64,000 bases of DNA from Verrucomicrobiia bacterium (GCA_035629175.1 DASPIL010000040.1:40255-104254); one strand, 5' to 3'; numbered from the stretch's first letter, positions 38,149 to 48,749 are shown. The notes: generated by a model from the letters alone, not told the origin. A program made the numbers and translations.

Positions 38149-41100
38149 TCAGGGCAGTTCGATCAGGAAGAACCGGCGTGGCATCTGAGGCGAGAGCGAA
38201 TTCGTAAACGAGAAGGTGCCGTTCGCCGAGAACGTGTTGGTTGCCATTCTGATCCAGTCCGCGCGCGGGGTTGCCAGGTTTGTCGAAGCCAGCACGTGAT
38301 AGGTTCCCGACGGAACGCCATTCGATCCGTTGAACACGAGGCTGCCTCCCTGCAAAAAGGTGCCGCTGATTTGCGGCAACGCGGAAGAACCAACGGCCAG
38401 CGTGCCCGATACTGCAAGGTTTGACGTCACCCAAACCAAACCTGGGCCAGGTATCGCAGGGGTGATGCTGCTGAAGGAACCCGAGTAGCTCGCAGCATCG
38501 AACAACTTGAAGCTGCTGCCCGACGCGAGCGTTCCCGGAACAATGAGATTGAGGGTTCCTCCGTACGTAATGGTTGTATTGGAACGCAGCACGTCATTTG
38601 TTCCCGATGCTTCGTCCAAATCCATTTCAACCGCTCCCGAAAGCGTGACTGAATTGCTGATCGTCAAAGCGCCGATCCCATCCAATCCTGGTGATACCAT
38701 GGAGCCTGCGTTCGCAACCACATGTCCATTGAGCACGCCGTTCCCGCGGAGAACCTGGCCGTTGGCGACCGTGAAGGTGGAATCCACACGCCCCGTCAAC
38801 GTCAATGTGGCCCCGGCCGCAAGCGTTACGACCGGACTGGTGGTCAGGGCGGCAGTCCCATTCAATCGCAGGGCGCCGCTGTTGACGCGGGTTTCACCTG
38901 TGAAAGTGTTTTCGCCGAACAGGATCATGGGTGAGTTGCCAGCCTTCGTGATGCCGCCGTCACCTGTGATGTTTCCCGAAACCGCAAGGGCAGTTCCACC
39001 GACATTGAAGAGCGCTGTTCCGTGAACTTCCACGGGTCCGTCGAGGGTAGTGTTGGCGCCCGTGCCATTATTAACCGTGTTGTTGATGCCATTGCCGTTC
39101 AGCACGAATTGCTTGTTCCAGACGACAGCGCCATTTGCGAAAGCCAGAGTCGCTCCGTCCATAACAGTCAACGTCTTGGACGAATCTCCCATCGTCGAGG
39201 TCAGGCCGGAAAACTCGAGCGTTCCCTGGAGGACCTCGATATCGCCGAGAGCTGGATCAATCGCGGTTTGGGCGAGGTTGATCTGGCTTGCGCCCGTCTT
39301 CGTGAGCTTGTAAGGGTTTCCCGCCGTACTGAGCGCCGCAGCGCCGCCGCCGTTGTTGATGGCCCAAAGGCCGCTGCCGCCAAACACGGTGTCACCCGCC
39401 AGAATGACCTGCCGCACCGCCTGCGCCTGGGCCGTGCTGTTATTGACCAGCGCGCCCTGGCCATCCGCTCCCGCGCCGGAAACGGTGATCACTTCACCAC
39501 CCAGATTGCGGCCGTTCAAATCGAGAGTGGCTCCATCATGGACCGTTGTTCCTCCAGCTGCGGTTCCAAGCGCGGTGTCGGTTTCGGTGCGCAACACGCC
39601 GCCTTCAATCTCAACAAGTCCCGTGAAATTATTCGCTCCGCCGAGCGACAGCGTGCTGGTGTTCTGTTTGAAAATGGCTGTCGCGCCGCTGATTCTTCCG
39701 GGCCCGCCGATCGTGAAGAAGTTCGCTGCCGAATCATTGGTGATCGCTACCGGTGCAACGCTGAGTCCTTCGGCGATGCTGATCACGGTGTTCACGCCTG
39801 GCGTATCGTCGAAGAGCACCGCGTCGCCCGCAAAGAATGCCGATGCCTGGTTGTTGCCCAGGTTCAACCAGTTAGCCGTGAGCACATCCCACGTGCCGCC
39901 CGCCTGCGAGTTCCACTTCAACACCGTTCCACCATCGCCGGTCACATTCAGGTACACCGATCCGGGATTGGAGTAATCCAGCGCAACGGGGATGTGCGTT
40001 CCCGTGACCACTGGATTAAACGAGCCGGAACGCGTCCCTGTGTAGGTGAACAGCAGGTAACTGGCACCATTGGCGGGCGCGCCATTGAAGTTGACACGAA
40101 TAACGTTGTTGTTGGCAGTGAGGTTGCCGACGACGTCCACGGAGTCGTTAGCCGCAGGGTCAGAGGGATTCGAGGCACTCAGGTCAAAGGTCGCGGTTGC
40201 GCCACTTTGAAGAACCAGGCCGCCATGGGCCTTGAACGATCCTCGAGCGTTGGCGTTTCCAGGAGCAAGTTCACCCGCAACCGTGGTCAATCCGTTTACA
40301 ACGCCGCTGCCGGAAAGAACCGTTCCCGTTGCAGCTGTCACGGACCCGCCACCAGCGGTGGATTGGTCGAGTTGCAGCGTCCCCCCATTCACAACTGTCG
40401 CGCCGCTGTAATCGTTTGCCCCCGAAAGCACGAGCGTGCCGCTGCCATTCTTCGTCAATGTCCCTGTCCCTGTAATGGCACTGCTCAAGGCGAGGTTTCC
40501 ACTGCGGTTGATAATCAGGGAAGAATTGTTCGTTATGCTCAGGGCACTGAGACCGCCATCGACGTCGCCGAGGCCGAGCTGCAACGTGCCGGCAAGAATC
40601 GAAACGACACCGAAATGATCAACGCCCTGGTTCGCGAGCACAAGAGTGCCGGAACCGCGCTTCATCAACGATCCGGCGGCTGCAATATTACCGGGCCCTG
40701 TGAAGGTATAAGTCGTCGAGATATTGCTGACATTGATGCTGCCCGGCGAGAGCGCTTCGGCCAGCACGACATCGGGCTGCAGCCCCAAGTCATTAAACGT
40801 GACAGCCGCTCCCGCGAAGAACGCAGACGCGCTGCCCTGATACAGCCAGTTCGGAGTTGCGGAATCCCATGTTGCATCGGCCGCACCCGTCCACCGCATG
40901 GAGAGGTCCACGACCGGACCAGAGTTCAACTGCAGCGTGACGAGACCGTTGCCAGCGTCCAGCAGTACCCCGCTGTAAGCCGGACTCGCGGCGGGAAGTG
41001 TGCCGAGAACAAAATTGCCACTGACGCCGGATTGATAGGCGATGAGCGTAAACGTGGCGGGATAAGAAGCAATCGGGGGCACGGCGAGAACATTGATCAC

Positions 41101-42495
41101 ATTCTGGCTGCCGCCCGCATTGAAGTTCTGAACTGCGACGGCGGCGCCCCCATTCGAGGCAGGAAGTTCAAGCGTCGCATCGCTCACGCTCATTGTGCGG
41201 ATCGGCGTCGTGAGCGAGCCCGCCGTGTTCGAAACAACCAGTGTGCCGCCGGGGTTCACGTTGATGACACTGTTGCCCCCGCCAGCCACAATCGCATTCG
41301 CCGCCGCCACGCCGCCATTGATGTTCAGGGTCCCGTTGACAGCACCGGTGCCGCCATTGGTACGCGCGAGCCGAAGCGTGTTGTTGACGACGAGCCGTGC
41401 GGCTTGGGGAAAAACGAAATTGTTGTCGACATTCACGACAGCCGTCACCCCTCCATTGGCGCCTGTTGCAATTCCAAAACCGATCTCCATCGTGTTTGCG
41501 TCGACAATGCCGGCGCCGAAAGTGAGCGTTCCAGAACAGGTTCCTGACGACGGCCCGGGGTTGCCGATGGCGATGTTGATCAGATCCGCAGCAATATCGA
41601 TCGTGCCTGCGGAAAAATCAGCGATGCACACGGTATTGTTGCCGCTGTTCGCGGCCCCGTTGTAGCCGAAATCGATGATACTGGAACGGCTCTCACCATC
41701 GGCGTTTCGAATTTTCAGCGAAGGTGCGGTGAAGGCGGCGTTAAAGTTCAGATTTGCATTTCCCTTCTGCCCGCCAAGGCGCATGACGTCGCCATTCAGG
41801 ATCGTCTCCTGGCCAAACGTCAGAACTGATGCCGTGCCGCCGTTCGCGTTGGAGCCTGAGTCCTGCACCATGACCTGAGGCGATCCGCCGGAAAGCGTGA
41901 TGTGATTCGTGCGGGCGAGGATCAGAGTACCGGTCGGGCGATTCACCGCAGCTCCTGCCGTCGCCTGGCCAACCAGGAGCCGGCCGATCGCAGCGTTGAA
42001 GTTGTCCAGGTTCGACAAATCCAGCGTTGCCCGATGCGCGCCAGCCGTGGAGTGACCCTGCCGGACCACGAGGTCGCCGCTGCCGGACAGCGACAAAGTT
42101 CCAGTGCCTTCAATCGTAACGGGTGTCAGCGTTCCAGAGGTGATAGCCGCACTGGTGCTTCCGACATACAACACATCTCCTGCGTTGCCGCGGTTGACAG
42201 AGAGAATTTCGCCTGCGTCGATCGTCGTGGTGTGAGTTTCCTGATTGTCCTGTCCGTAGAGCAGCGAGTTAACCGTCCGTGCTGTGTCAACGACGTTGGG
42301 TGTTCCTGTTCCTATGTTCATCAATCGAACGTCGTCCGGCGGTTCAGGTGCGAGCAGAGTATCCCAATTCGCGTTGGCGGACCAGTTGCCGCCAGCGGCG
42401 TTCCATGTTGTGGTGGCCGCATTAAGCGGAGGAATGGCCAACCACACGACAAGCAGGGCTGCAATAATTCGGAAGGACAGTTGGGAATGTTTCAT
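38149..42495 (-). CDS. Large secreted beta-helical protein with autotransporter-associated (PATR) repeats and no beta-barrel
   Basis: Signal peptide; repeats such as LTKNGSGTLVLSGANDYSGATVVNGGTL; W..W...NW / V.F.D modules; C-terminus Y.V..STNL..W...RRFF. Confidence 0.85.
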   Translation of the reverse strand: MKHSQLSFRIIAALLVVWLAIPPLNAATTTWNAAGGNWSANANWDTLLAPEPPDDVRLMNIGTGTPNVVDTARTVNSLLYGQDNQETHTTTIDAGEILSVNRGNAGDVLYVGSTSAAITSGTLTPVTIEGTGTLSLSGSGDLVVRQGHSTAGAHRATLDLSNLDNFNAAIGRLLVGQATAGAAVNRPTGTLILARTNHITLSGGSPQVMVQDSGSNANGGTASVLTFGQETILNGDVMRLGGQKGNANLNFNAAFTAPSLKIRNADGESRSSIIDFGYNGAANSGNNTVCIADFSAGTIDIAADLINIAIGNPGPSSGTCSGTLTFGAGIVDANTMEIGFGIATGANGGVTAVVNVDNNFVFPQAARLVVNNTLRLARTNGGTGAVNGTLNINGGVAAANAIVAGGGNSVINVNPGGTLVVSNTAGSLTTPIRTMSVSDATLELPASNGGAAVAVQNFNAGGSQNVINVLAVPPIASYPATFTLIAYQSGVSGNFVLGTLPAASPAYSGVLLDAGNGLVTLQLNSGPVVDLSMRWTGAADATWDSATPNWLYQGSASAFFAGAAVTFNDLGLQPDVVLAEALSPGSINVSNISTTYTFTGPGNIAAAGSLMKRGSGTLVLANQGVDHFGVVSILAGTLQLGLGDVDGGLSALSITNNSSLIINRSGNLALSSAITGTGTLTKNGSGTLVLSGANDYSGATVVNGGTLQLDQSTAGGGSVTAATGTVLSGSGVVNGLTTVAGELAPGNANARGSFKAHGGLVLQSGATATFDLSASNPSDPAANDSVDVVGNLTANNNVIRVNFNGAPANGASYLLFTYTGTRSGSFNPVVTGTHIPVALDYSNPGSVYLNVTGDGGTVLKWNSQAGGTWDVLTANWLNLGNNQASAFFAGDAVLFDDTPGVNTVISIAEGLSVAPVAITNDSAANFFTIGGPGRISGATAIFKQNTSTLSLGGANNFTGLVEIEGGVLRTETDTALGTAAGGTTVHDGATLDLNGRNLGGEVITVSGAGADGQGALVNNSTAQAQAVRQVILAGDTVFGGSGLWAINNGGGAAALSTAGNPYKLTKTGASQINLAQTAIDPALGDIEVLQGTLEFSGLTSTMGDSSKTLTVMDGATLAFANGAVVWNKQFVLNGNGINNTVNNGTGANTTLDGPVEVHGTALFNVGGTALAVSGNITGDGGITKAGNSPMILFGENTFTGETRVNSGALRLNGTAALTTSPVVTLAAGATLTLTGRVDSTFTVANGQVLRGNGVLNGHVVANAGSMVSPGLDGIGALTISNSVTLSGAVEMDLDEASGTNDVLRSNTTITYGGTLNLIVPGTLASGSSFKLFDAASYSGSFSSITPAIPGPGLVWVTSNLAVSGTLAVGSSALPQISGTFLQGGSLVFNGSNGVPSGTYHVLASTNLATPRADWIRMATNTFSANGTFSFTNSLSPQMPRRFFLIELP

Positions 42496-42556
42496 ATGTT
42501 GTTCAACCGGGCTGTTGAAGGAGTGTCGCAAGTCTAGTAAAGCTGATTGGCCGACT

Positions 42557-42576
42557 CATCCCTCTTTCGAGGGGTG
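42557..42576 (-). promoter_or_regulatory. Regulon motif copy A (serves the PATR gene)
   Basis: CATCCCTCTTTCGAGGGGTG; TAGACT 20 nt downstream on the minus strand. Confidence 0.7.
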
Positions 42577-42585
42577 CGTTGCGAG

Positions 42586-42605
42586 CATCCCCCATAGGAG
42601 GGATG
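42586..42605 (+). promoter_or_regulatory. Regulon motif copy B (serves the beta-helix enzyme gene)
   Basis: CATCCCCCATAGGAGGGATG; TTTCAT 20 nt downstream. Confidence 0.7.
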
Positions 42606-42634
42606 CCTGTCGAAGCGGGAAGTGATTTCATGTC

Positions 42635-45541
42635 GTGATGCAGAATGAATCCCAGCAACAGCAACGTCCCGACCATCCCAGTCCGATGAGACGAAGCCGC
42701 CAGCTTGCCTGCCGATTCATTTTCATCTTCTGCCTTCTAGTCCACGCGAGCTCAAGCCATGCGTGGCGCAGTGTGTTGTATCCGGCGGATTGGAGCGCTC
42801 CAGATAATGTCCTGCGCTTCGAGACCAACAAGATGATCCAGGATTTCTCCTATGCCGGATTTCGAGCGGGAACTGAACCGTTGCCGGAAATTGGCGGGCC
42901 GATTTTTGACGTCACGGCCGCGCCGTTTCTGGCGGATAAGACCGGAAAAACGAATGTCACCGCCGCGATCCAAACAGCCATTGATGCGGCACAGGCATCC
43001 GGCGGGGGAGTTGTGTGGCTTCCGGCTGGTGTGTATGCAGTCAGCCCGCAGGGCCCGAACACTTACGCGCTGCGCATCAACTCATCCAACATCGTTCTCC
43101 GAGGCGCCGGCACGACGGAAACATTTGTTCTCAACACCGCCACGAACATGCGGGGAAAAAGCATCCTGCTGATCAACGGCCCCTCGGGCGCCGGATTCTA
43201 TGCGACAGGAAATCCGCCCGTGCCCCTCTCACGCGATCTCCTCGGCCCAACCACGATGATTCCAATGGCCAGCACGGCGGGATTCGCGGCAGGACAATGG
43301 ATCACCTTGCGCGCGGATGCGACGGACGATTGGGTGACGGAACACAGTGAAACATCCTGGCTTGGCTATGCGAATAGCCTGCGCGGGATCGCTTACTTTC
43401 GACAGATCATCGCAGTGGACCACAAGAATTCCACACTGACGCTGAACGTGCCGACTCGTTACTATCTGAAGACCCGCGACAACGCGAGAGTGACGCGCCT
43501 TAATTCGGGTCCGATCACAGGGACCGGCCTGGAGAACTTCTCCATCGGTAATGTTCAGCATGCGGGCATCGGGTGGAACGAAAGTGATTACACAATTCCC
43601 GGGACTGCGGGGCACGACGTTCACGACTCGTTTGCGATTCGTTTGGTGCGCGCGCGGGATTCGTGGATTCGAAATGTCTCAACATTCCAGCCCCCCGGCA
43701 ACACAGCCACATGCCACCTGCTTAGCAATGGGATCCTCATCAACGATTGCACACAGGTTACGCTCACGAACTGTCATTTGCAGCGATCGCAATACGGCGG
43801 AGGCGGCGGAAACGGCTACATGTTCCGACTCAGCAATTCGAGCGAGATTCTGCTCCAGGATTGTCGCGCCACGTTCACACGGCACGGATTTGTCCTGTCG
43901 CAAATGGCTGCAACTGGAAACGTATTCAACCGATGCATCGACAAGGATACCGGGCATCAGACCGGCCTCACAGGGTCACAGGCCACGTCGGGCCGCAACA
44001 GCGATCACCACATGCATTTCAGTCATGCCAACCTGATCGATGCCTGCACAGGTGATTCGAGCGTCTGGGAGGCGCGCTATCGCCCCTACGGCAGCGCTCC
44101 ACTGCATAATCTCACGGCAGCACACAGCGTGTTCTGGAACACACGCGGCATCGGAAGTGGCGCAGCCCACGTCGTGCAGTCGGAACAGAGCCGTTACGGC
44201 TATGTGATTGGCACCCAAGGCTCACGCACCGGGGTCTCGCTCGGCACGTTCGGCGGCAGCAAATGTTTTCCAGTGGATCACGTGGAAGGCGCTGGAACAG
44301 GCGAAACTCTCGAGCCTTATTCCTTATATCAGGATCAGGTCGCCCGCCGATTGACCGGGCCCCGCGCGTCCCTTGGCGAACCGCGAATCCTCGGCTTTCC
44401 AACCAACAGCCTGATTCTGCCGCTAACGGTTTCGATGGGGGGAACCAACGTGAACGCTGCGGATTTGGATGTCCATTGGCGTGTGGTGGCCGCGGACGGA
44501 ACTGTTTTATTCTCGAATGTGAATTCCCCCGCGCCGCAAGTTACGTTTTCCGCCCGAGGAACGAATGATCTCGAGGCCACTGTAAGCGCAAACGGATTCA
44601 GCAGTTCCGCGCGAATCCGTGTGATCCTGCTTCCGGCCGAAACCGAACGGTCGGCGTCGTATTCTCCGGAAGCCGACGCTTACGTGCGCGACGGCGCCTT
44701 TGCCGATGACAACTTCGGCTCAGAACCAACACTCCACCTCAAACAGCATTCCACACCGGGATTCAACCGGTGCAGCTTCCTGAACTTTCGAATTCCGCGT
44801 ACGGAATATGACCGCGCTGTCCTGGAACTCGCGGCGCGGACAGCGCCGCCAACTGAAGGACTCAGACTTGCGCTGCATTCAGTGACCAATACATGGCTGG
44901 AGGATTCAATCACGTGGAACAACCAGCCTGTCATAGGCGATGTCCTCGCTGATTGGGCAGCTGCCGAGAACAGCCTGGAACGGATCGATGTGTCGGCATC
45001 TGCGCAGCCTGATCCCGAGGGCTTCCTGGCATTTCGCTTCGGACTTCTGATTTCCTCCGCGCCATCCGACACGGTTTATTCCTTTGCGTCAAGAGAGTCG
45101 GCTGACCTCCCAGGTCCCCGGCTCGAATTGATTTGGACCAATGCGGCATTCTCCTATCTCGATTGGACGAACCACCTGGAAGGCGCAGGCACTCCAGCAG
45201 AGAATCCCGATGCAGATGCGTGGACGAACGCGGCTGAGTATCTGTTTGGCCTCAATCCATTTGTACCTGATCCGCCTTCTGTTTTGGGCCTGGAGGCTAC
45301 AGCGATGGGTCTCGTATTAACGTATCCACAACGGAGGCGCTGGCCGCCCGGGAGCTTTTACGTGATCGAAACAGCTTCCTCACTGCACGCTCCATGGTTG
45401 CCGGCCGAAGGTGTGCAATTCAACCTTCTCGAAGCTCTCGACGATACCGTCCGAGTTGCCGCGATCATACCTCGCGCGGACGAATCGCAGCGTTTCTATC
45501 GCTTCAGCGTAATTCTTCGATTCAACAACAACCAGCTGTGA
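42635..45541 (+). CDS. Secreted beta-helix glycan-active enzyme (pectate-lyase-3-like) with DNRLRE/CBM96-like module; start may be 42638 or 42686
   Basis: DFSYAG, AIQTAIDAA..GGGVVWLPAGVY; ADAYVRDG..NFG..ITWNNQP..ASRE; EYLFGLNP...RFYR tail. Confidence 0.75.
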   Translation: MMQNESQQQQRPDHPSPMRRSRQLACRFIFIFCLLVHASSSHAWRSVLYPADWSAPDNVLRFETNKMIQDFSYAGFRAGTEPLPEIGGPIFDVTAAPFLADKTGKTNVTAAIQTAIDAAQASGGGVVWLPAGVYAVSPQGPNTYALRINSSNIVLRGAGTTETFVLNTATNMRGKSILLINGPSGAGFYATGNPPVPLSRDLLGPTTMIPMASTAGFAAGQWITLRADATDDWVTEHSETSWLGYANSLRGIAYFRQIIAVDHKNSTLTLNVPTRYYLKTRDNARVTRLNSGPITGTGLENFSIGNVQHAGIGWNESDYTIPGTAGHDVHDSFAIRLVRARDSWIRNVSTFQPPGNTATCHLLSNGILINDCTQVTLTNCHLQRSQYGGGGGNGYMFRLSNSSEILLQDCRATFTRHGFVLSQMAATGNVFNRCIDKDTGHQTGLTGSQATSGRNSDHHMHFSHANLIDACTGDSSVWEARYRPYGSAPLHNLTAAHSVFWNTRGIGSGAAHVVQSEQSRYGYVIGTQGSRTGVSLGTFGGSKCFPVDHVEGAGTGETLEPYSLYQDQVARRLTGPRASLGEPRILGFPTNSLILPLTVSMGGTNVNAADLDVHWRVVAADGTVLFSNVNSPAPQVTFSARGTNDLEATVSANGFSSSARIRVILLPAETERSASYSPEADAYVRDGAFADDNFGSEPTLHLKQHSTPGFNRCSFLNFRIPRTEYDRAVLELAARTAPPTEGLRLALHSVTNTWLEDSITWNNQPVIGDVLADWAAAENSLERIDVSASAQPDPEGFLAFRFGLLISSAPSDTVYSFASRESADLPGPRLELIWTNAAFSYLDWTNHLEGAGTPAENPDADAWTNAAEYLFGLNPFVPDPPSVLGLEATAMGLVLTYPQRRRWPPGSFYVIETASSLHAPWLPAEGVQFNLLEALDDTVRVAAIIPRADESQRFYRFSVILRFNNNQL

Positions 45542-45571
45542 ACTCGATCGCTTCGACTGATCGTTGTTAGC

Positions 45572-45591
45572 TCTCCCCCGAAAGAGGGATG
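45572..45591 (+). promoter_or_regulatory. Regulon motif copy C (serves the prepilin-kinase-regulator unit)
   Basis: TCTCCCCCGAAAGAGGGATG; TAAGGT (with TGn) 19 nt downstream. Confidence 0.7.
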
Positions 45592-45631
45592 CCGCCGTTT
45601 CGGCGTTTGCTAAGGTCGTGACATCACTCTT

Positions 45632-46438
45632 ATGAGAATCGCGACCCCGCCGATTATCGTCATCCGATCCAAGTTCCGACACGCCTTGTGGCGGGCGTTC
45701 ACCCTGATTGAACTCCTCGTCGTGATTGCAATCATCGCAATCCTCGCGGCAATGCTGTTGCCGGCGCTGGCGACAGCCAAGGAAAAGGCGAAGCGCACCA
45801 ACTGCATCAGCAACCTGAAGCAGATCGGGCTGGGAATTCAGATGTACGCTGACGAGCATCGCAACCAATTGCCGCGAAGGTTATCCAGCGATCCGGGAAC
45901 AGGTTCAGCTGTGTGGGACCTCACGCATAACATGGCCGATCAGTTGGCGGCTTCCGGGGCGCAGCGGAAAATTGTTTATTGTCCCGGCGGCTTCACGACG
46001 GTTCGCGATGCGGACTTCTGGTGGAACTATTCCAACGGTTCCCGCGTGACGAGTTACCAATGGCTGATCAGCCGCGACGGAACGCAAACTTATGGGACGT
46101 CGTTTGGCCCTCCCCCGTCGAATCCAGCGCTTGGCGCGCGCAAGGGGTTCCTGACGCGGCTTGGAAACGTCTACACCAATTTCTATACGGTTGCCGAAAC
46201 CGAATTGGTGACGGATGTCGTCGTATCGGAAGGCGCGGGCACGCGAAAGGACAAGTTCGTGAGCGTCTTGACAGTCAATCCCACGGAACTGCCACGCGGC
46301 TACAACAGCAGCCACATGGCTGGACGAATGCCCGCGGGAGGCAACATCCTGTTCATGGACCAACACGTCGAATGGCGGCAATTCCGCGACATGAATTCCT
46401 GGTGCCGGTGGACCCAGAACCGGTGGAGTTGGTTCTGA
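45632..46438 (+). CDS. Prepilin-type N-terminal cleavage/methylation protein with H-X9-DG-type C-terminal motif (DUF1559-like)
   Basis: [36 protein letters not shown]...[11 protein letters not shown]. Confidence 0.92.
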   Translation: MRIATPPIIVIRSKFRHALWRAFTLIELLVVIAIIAILAAMLLPALATAKEKAKRTNCISNLKQIGLGIQMYADEHRNQLPRRLSSDPGTGSAVWDLTHNMADQLAASGAQRKIVYCPGGFTTVRDADFWWNYSNGSRVTSYQWLISRDGTQTYGTSFGPPPSNPALGARKGFLTRLGNVYTNFYTVAETELVTDVVVSEGAGTRKDKFVSVLTVNPTELPRGYNSSHMAGRMPAGGNILFMDQHVEWRQFRDMNSWCRWTQNRWSWF

Positions 46439-46496
46439 ATGCGGCTTTGAAGCTTGGCAAGAGCGGTTTGTTGCAACACTGTGACCTCCTCAGTCC

Positions 46497-48749
46497 ATGA
46501 TCCCAGGTGCAACAACTTCCGCGCGAACGAAGCAGCCCCTTTTCCGTTCCGTCATTTCTGTACTCGCGCTCGCCTGGTTTTTCCTCGCCTCTTCATCCAC
46601 AGCCCCTGCCGAAACCCTCACCAACGCCGCCCAGGTTCTGTCGCTCGACGCTGCCGCGGCGGCGCAGAAAATTCCAGTTCGGATCACGGGAGTCGTAACC
46701 GCCGCGGAGCCAACCTGGAATGGCAAATTCTTCGTGCAGGATGAAACCAGCGGCGTGTTTGTCGGCAATCGCATCGTTCCCGCGCCGCAGCCGGGTGACG
46801 TGGTGGAAGTCACCGGCGTGACCCATCCTGGCTCCTATGCGCCCATTGTAACGAGCCCGAAATGGAAGCCTCGCGGCAATGCGCCGCTGCCTGAGGCCCG
46901 CCGCGTTCCCATCGAACGCGTCATGGCTGGCGCTGAAGATGGTCAGCGCGTTGAAATCGAGGGGATCGTCCGATCTGTCATTCCTGGAAAAACCCACCTC
47001 GATGTTTATCTGGCGTCTGGGGGCTACCGTTTGCATGTCTATCCCAAGGCGTCGGCAGCACTCAATTCACAGCCCTTGATTGGCGCGAGAGTCCGGGTGC
47101 GCGGAACCGCCGCAGCCTCTTTCAATGCAACCCTGCGCCACATGCTTTCGGTCGTGCTCTTTATTCCGCAGGAGTCCGATTTCATCGTGGAGGAAGTCGA
47201 AGCTGTTGACCCGTTCGACGAAGATATCCTCCCGCTGAAGAGCGTCGCTCAGTATCGCCGAAACGTTGCTCCCGGCCAAAGGATGCACGTGAAGGGGGTC
47301 GTCACCTTCCAGCGGCCGGGCGAGGATCTCTTCATTGAGGATGGCACCGCGGGATTGCACGTCCGCAGCCGCCAACCGCAGAATTTTGAAATCGGGGATG
47401 TGGTTGAAATCGCGGGCTTCGCCGATTTTGATCACTTCCTGCCTGTCCTGGAGGATGCGGTTTTCCGGCTGACCGGCGATCCGCATGCGCCCGCCGAGCC
47501 GAAGTCGGTGACAATGGCGGAGATCCAGGCCGGCCTGCATCATGCCGATCTCATTCGGCTGACGGCAAAACTGCTGGATCGGAGCACACGCCATGGCAGG
47601 CCGCGCGGAAATGGACGGCATTGGTCGCGCACCGTCCTCATGCTGCAGCACGAGGATCAGGTGTTCACAGCCGAAGCGGAATCGCCAGACAGCGAAAATC
47701 CCCTGATGGGAATTCCACTGGGAAGCGCCGTCGAGGTCACGGGGATTTGCTTCACGGAAAATGGGGAAGACAAGAAGCTGCAATCGCTGCAACTGTTGCT
47801 TCCCAGTCCCGAGAGCTTCCGGATTGTTGAGAAGCCGAACTGGTTGACGCCTCAGCGAATGCTGATTGGGGTGAGTCTGCTCCTCGTTGTCTTGATCGGA
47901 GCCGTCGGATGGTCATTGATGGTATCGAAGCGCAACGCCGTGCTGAGGCAATTGGTTCGCGACAGGGAGTCGGCGCAGGACGCACTCCAGCAGGCTCACG
48001 ACCTGTTGGAGGAGCGCGTAAAGGAACGCACCGCCCAATTGAAGTTCCAGATCACCGCGCGCAAGGAATCCGAACTGCAATATAAAGCCGTGCTGTCGGA
48101 GCGCACGCGGCTCGCGCAGGAATTGCATGACACCTTGGAACAATCCCTGACCGGAATCGCCCTGCAGCTCGATACCACAGCCAAATTGTTTGAACAAAAA
48201 CCGCAGGTGGCAAACCGCCACCTCGAGCTCGCGAGGGATCTCCTCTCCCAAAGCCAGGTGGACATCCGCCGTTCAGTCTGGGATCTGAGATCGCGTGCGC
48301 TGGAAGAATTTGATCTTTCCGGCGCGCTGATTACGAGCGCGCGGCAATTGACTGATGGAACATCGATCCATTTTGAAGTGTGCGCCAAGGGACGCGTTCG
48401 GCCGCTCCCGGAAACGATCGAGGACAACCTGCTTCGAATTGCTCAGGAAGCCATGACCAACATCATCAAGCACGCCCAGGCGTCCAACGCCGAGATCGAA
48501 CTCGATTACGGTCCGCGCACCGTGGGAATGCGGATTCGCGATAACGGGCGCGGTTTCCTGCAAGAAGAATGCGCGGGGCCGGCTGAAGGACATTTTGGAC
48601 TTCTCGGCATTCGCGAACGCGTGAAGCGGCTCGGAGGGGAATTGAACATCGAAAGCGCACCCGGCGCTGGCACGCTGCTGTCCGTCCAAGTTGCCGTCAG
48701 CCCCGATGTGACAGTGGAGGACGCTCTCATCGCCCCGCTCGCCTCATGA
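46497..48749 (+). CDS. Sensor histidine kinase (HisKA_3) with tandem OB-fold-like periplasmic repeats
   Basis: Repeated V.GVVT...F.QD...G..V...GDVVE..G units; TM helix; ERTRLAQELHDTLEQ, EAMTNIIKHA, DNGRGF. Confidence 0.92.
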   Translation: MIPGATTSARTKQPLFRSVISVLALAWFFLASSSTAPAETLTNAAQVLSLDAAAAAQKIPVRITGVVTAAEPTWNGKFFVQDETSGVFVGNRIVPAPQPGDVVEVTGVTHPGSYAPIVTSPKWKPRGNAPLPEARRVPIERVMAGAEDGQRVEIEGIVRSVIPGKTHLDVYLASGGYRLHVYPKASAALNSQPLIGARVRVRGTAAASFNATLRHMLSVVLFIPQESDFIVEEVEAVDPFDEDILPLKSVAQYRRNVAPGQRMHVKGVVTFQRPGEDLFIEDGTAGLHVRSRQPQNFEIGDVVEIAGFADFDHFLPVLEDAVFRLTGDPHAPAEPKSVTMAEIQAGLHHADLIRLTAKLLDRSTRHGRPRGNGRHWSRTVLMLQHEDQVFTAEAESPDSENPLMGIPLGSAVEVTGICFTENGEDKKLQSLQLLLPSPESFRIVEKPNWLTPQRMLIGVSLLLVVLIGAVGWSLMVSKRNAVLRQLVRDRESAQDALQQAHDLLEERVKERTAQLKFQITARKESELQYKAVLSERTRLAQELHDTLEQSLTGIALQLDTTAKLFEQKPQVANRHLELARDLLSQSQVDIRRSVWDLRSRALEEFDLSGALITSARQLTDGTSIHFEVCAKGRVRPLPETIEDNLLRIAQEAMTNIIKHAQASNAEIELDYGPRTVGMRIRDNGRGFLQEECAGPAEGHFGLLGIRERVKRLGGELNIESAPGAGTLLSVQVAVSPDVTVEDALIAPLAS

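Noticed and set aside
39022..41547. 841-aa plus-strand ORF
   Set aside because: Antisense shadow of the PATR gene; Arg-rich with no motifs, as expected from GC-rich codon bias
42557..42605. Two adjacent palindromes as terminators or a mini-CRISPR
   Set aside because: They lie between divergent genes, have no U-tracts, are only 9 nt apart and have no cas genes; they fit operator sites
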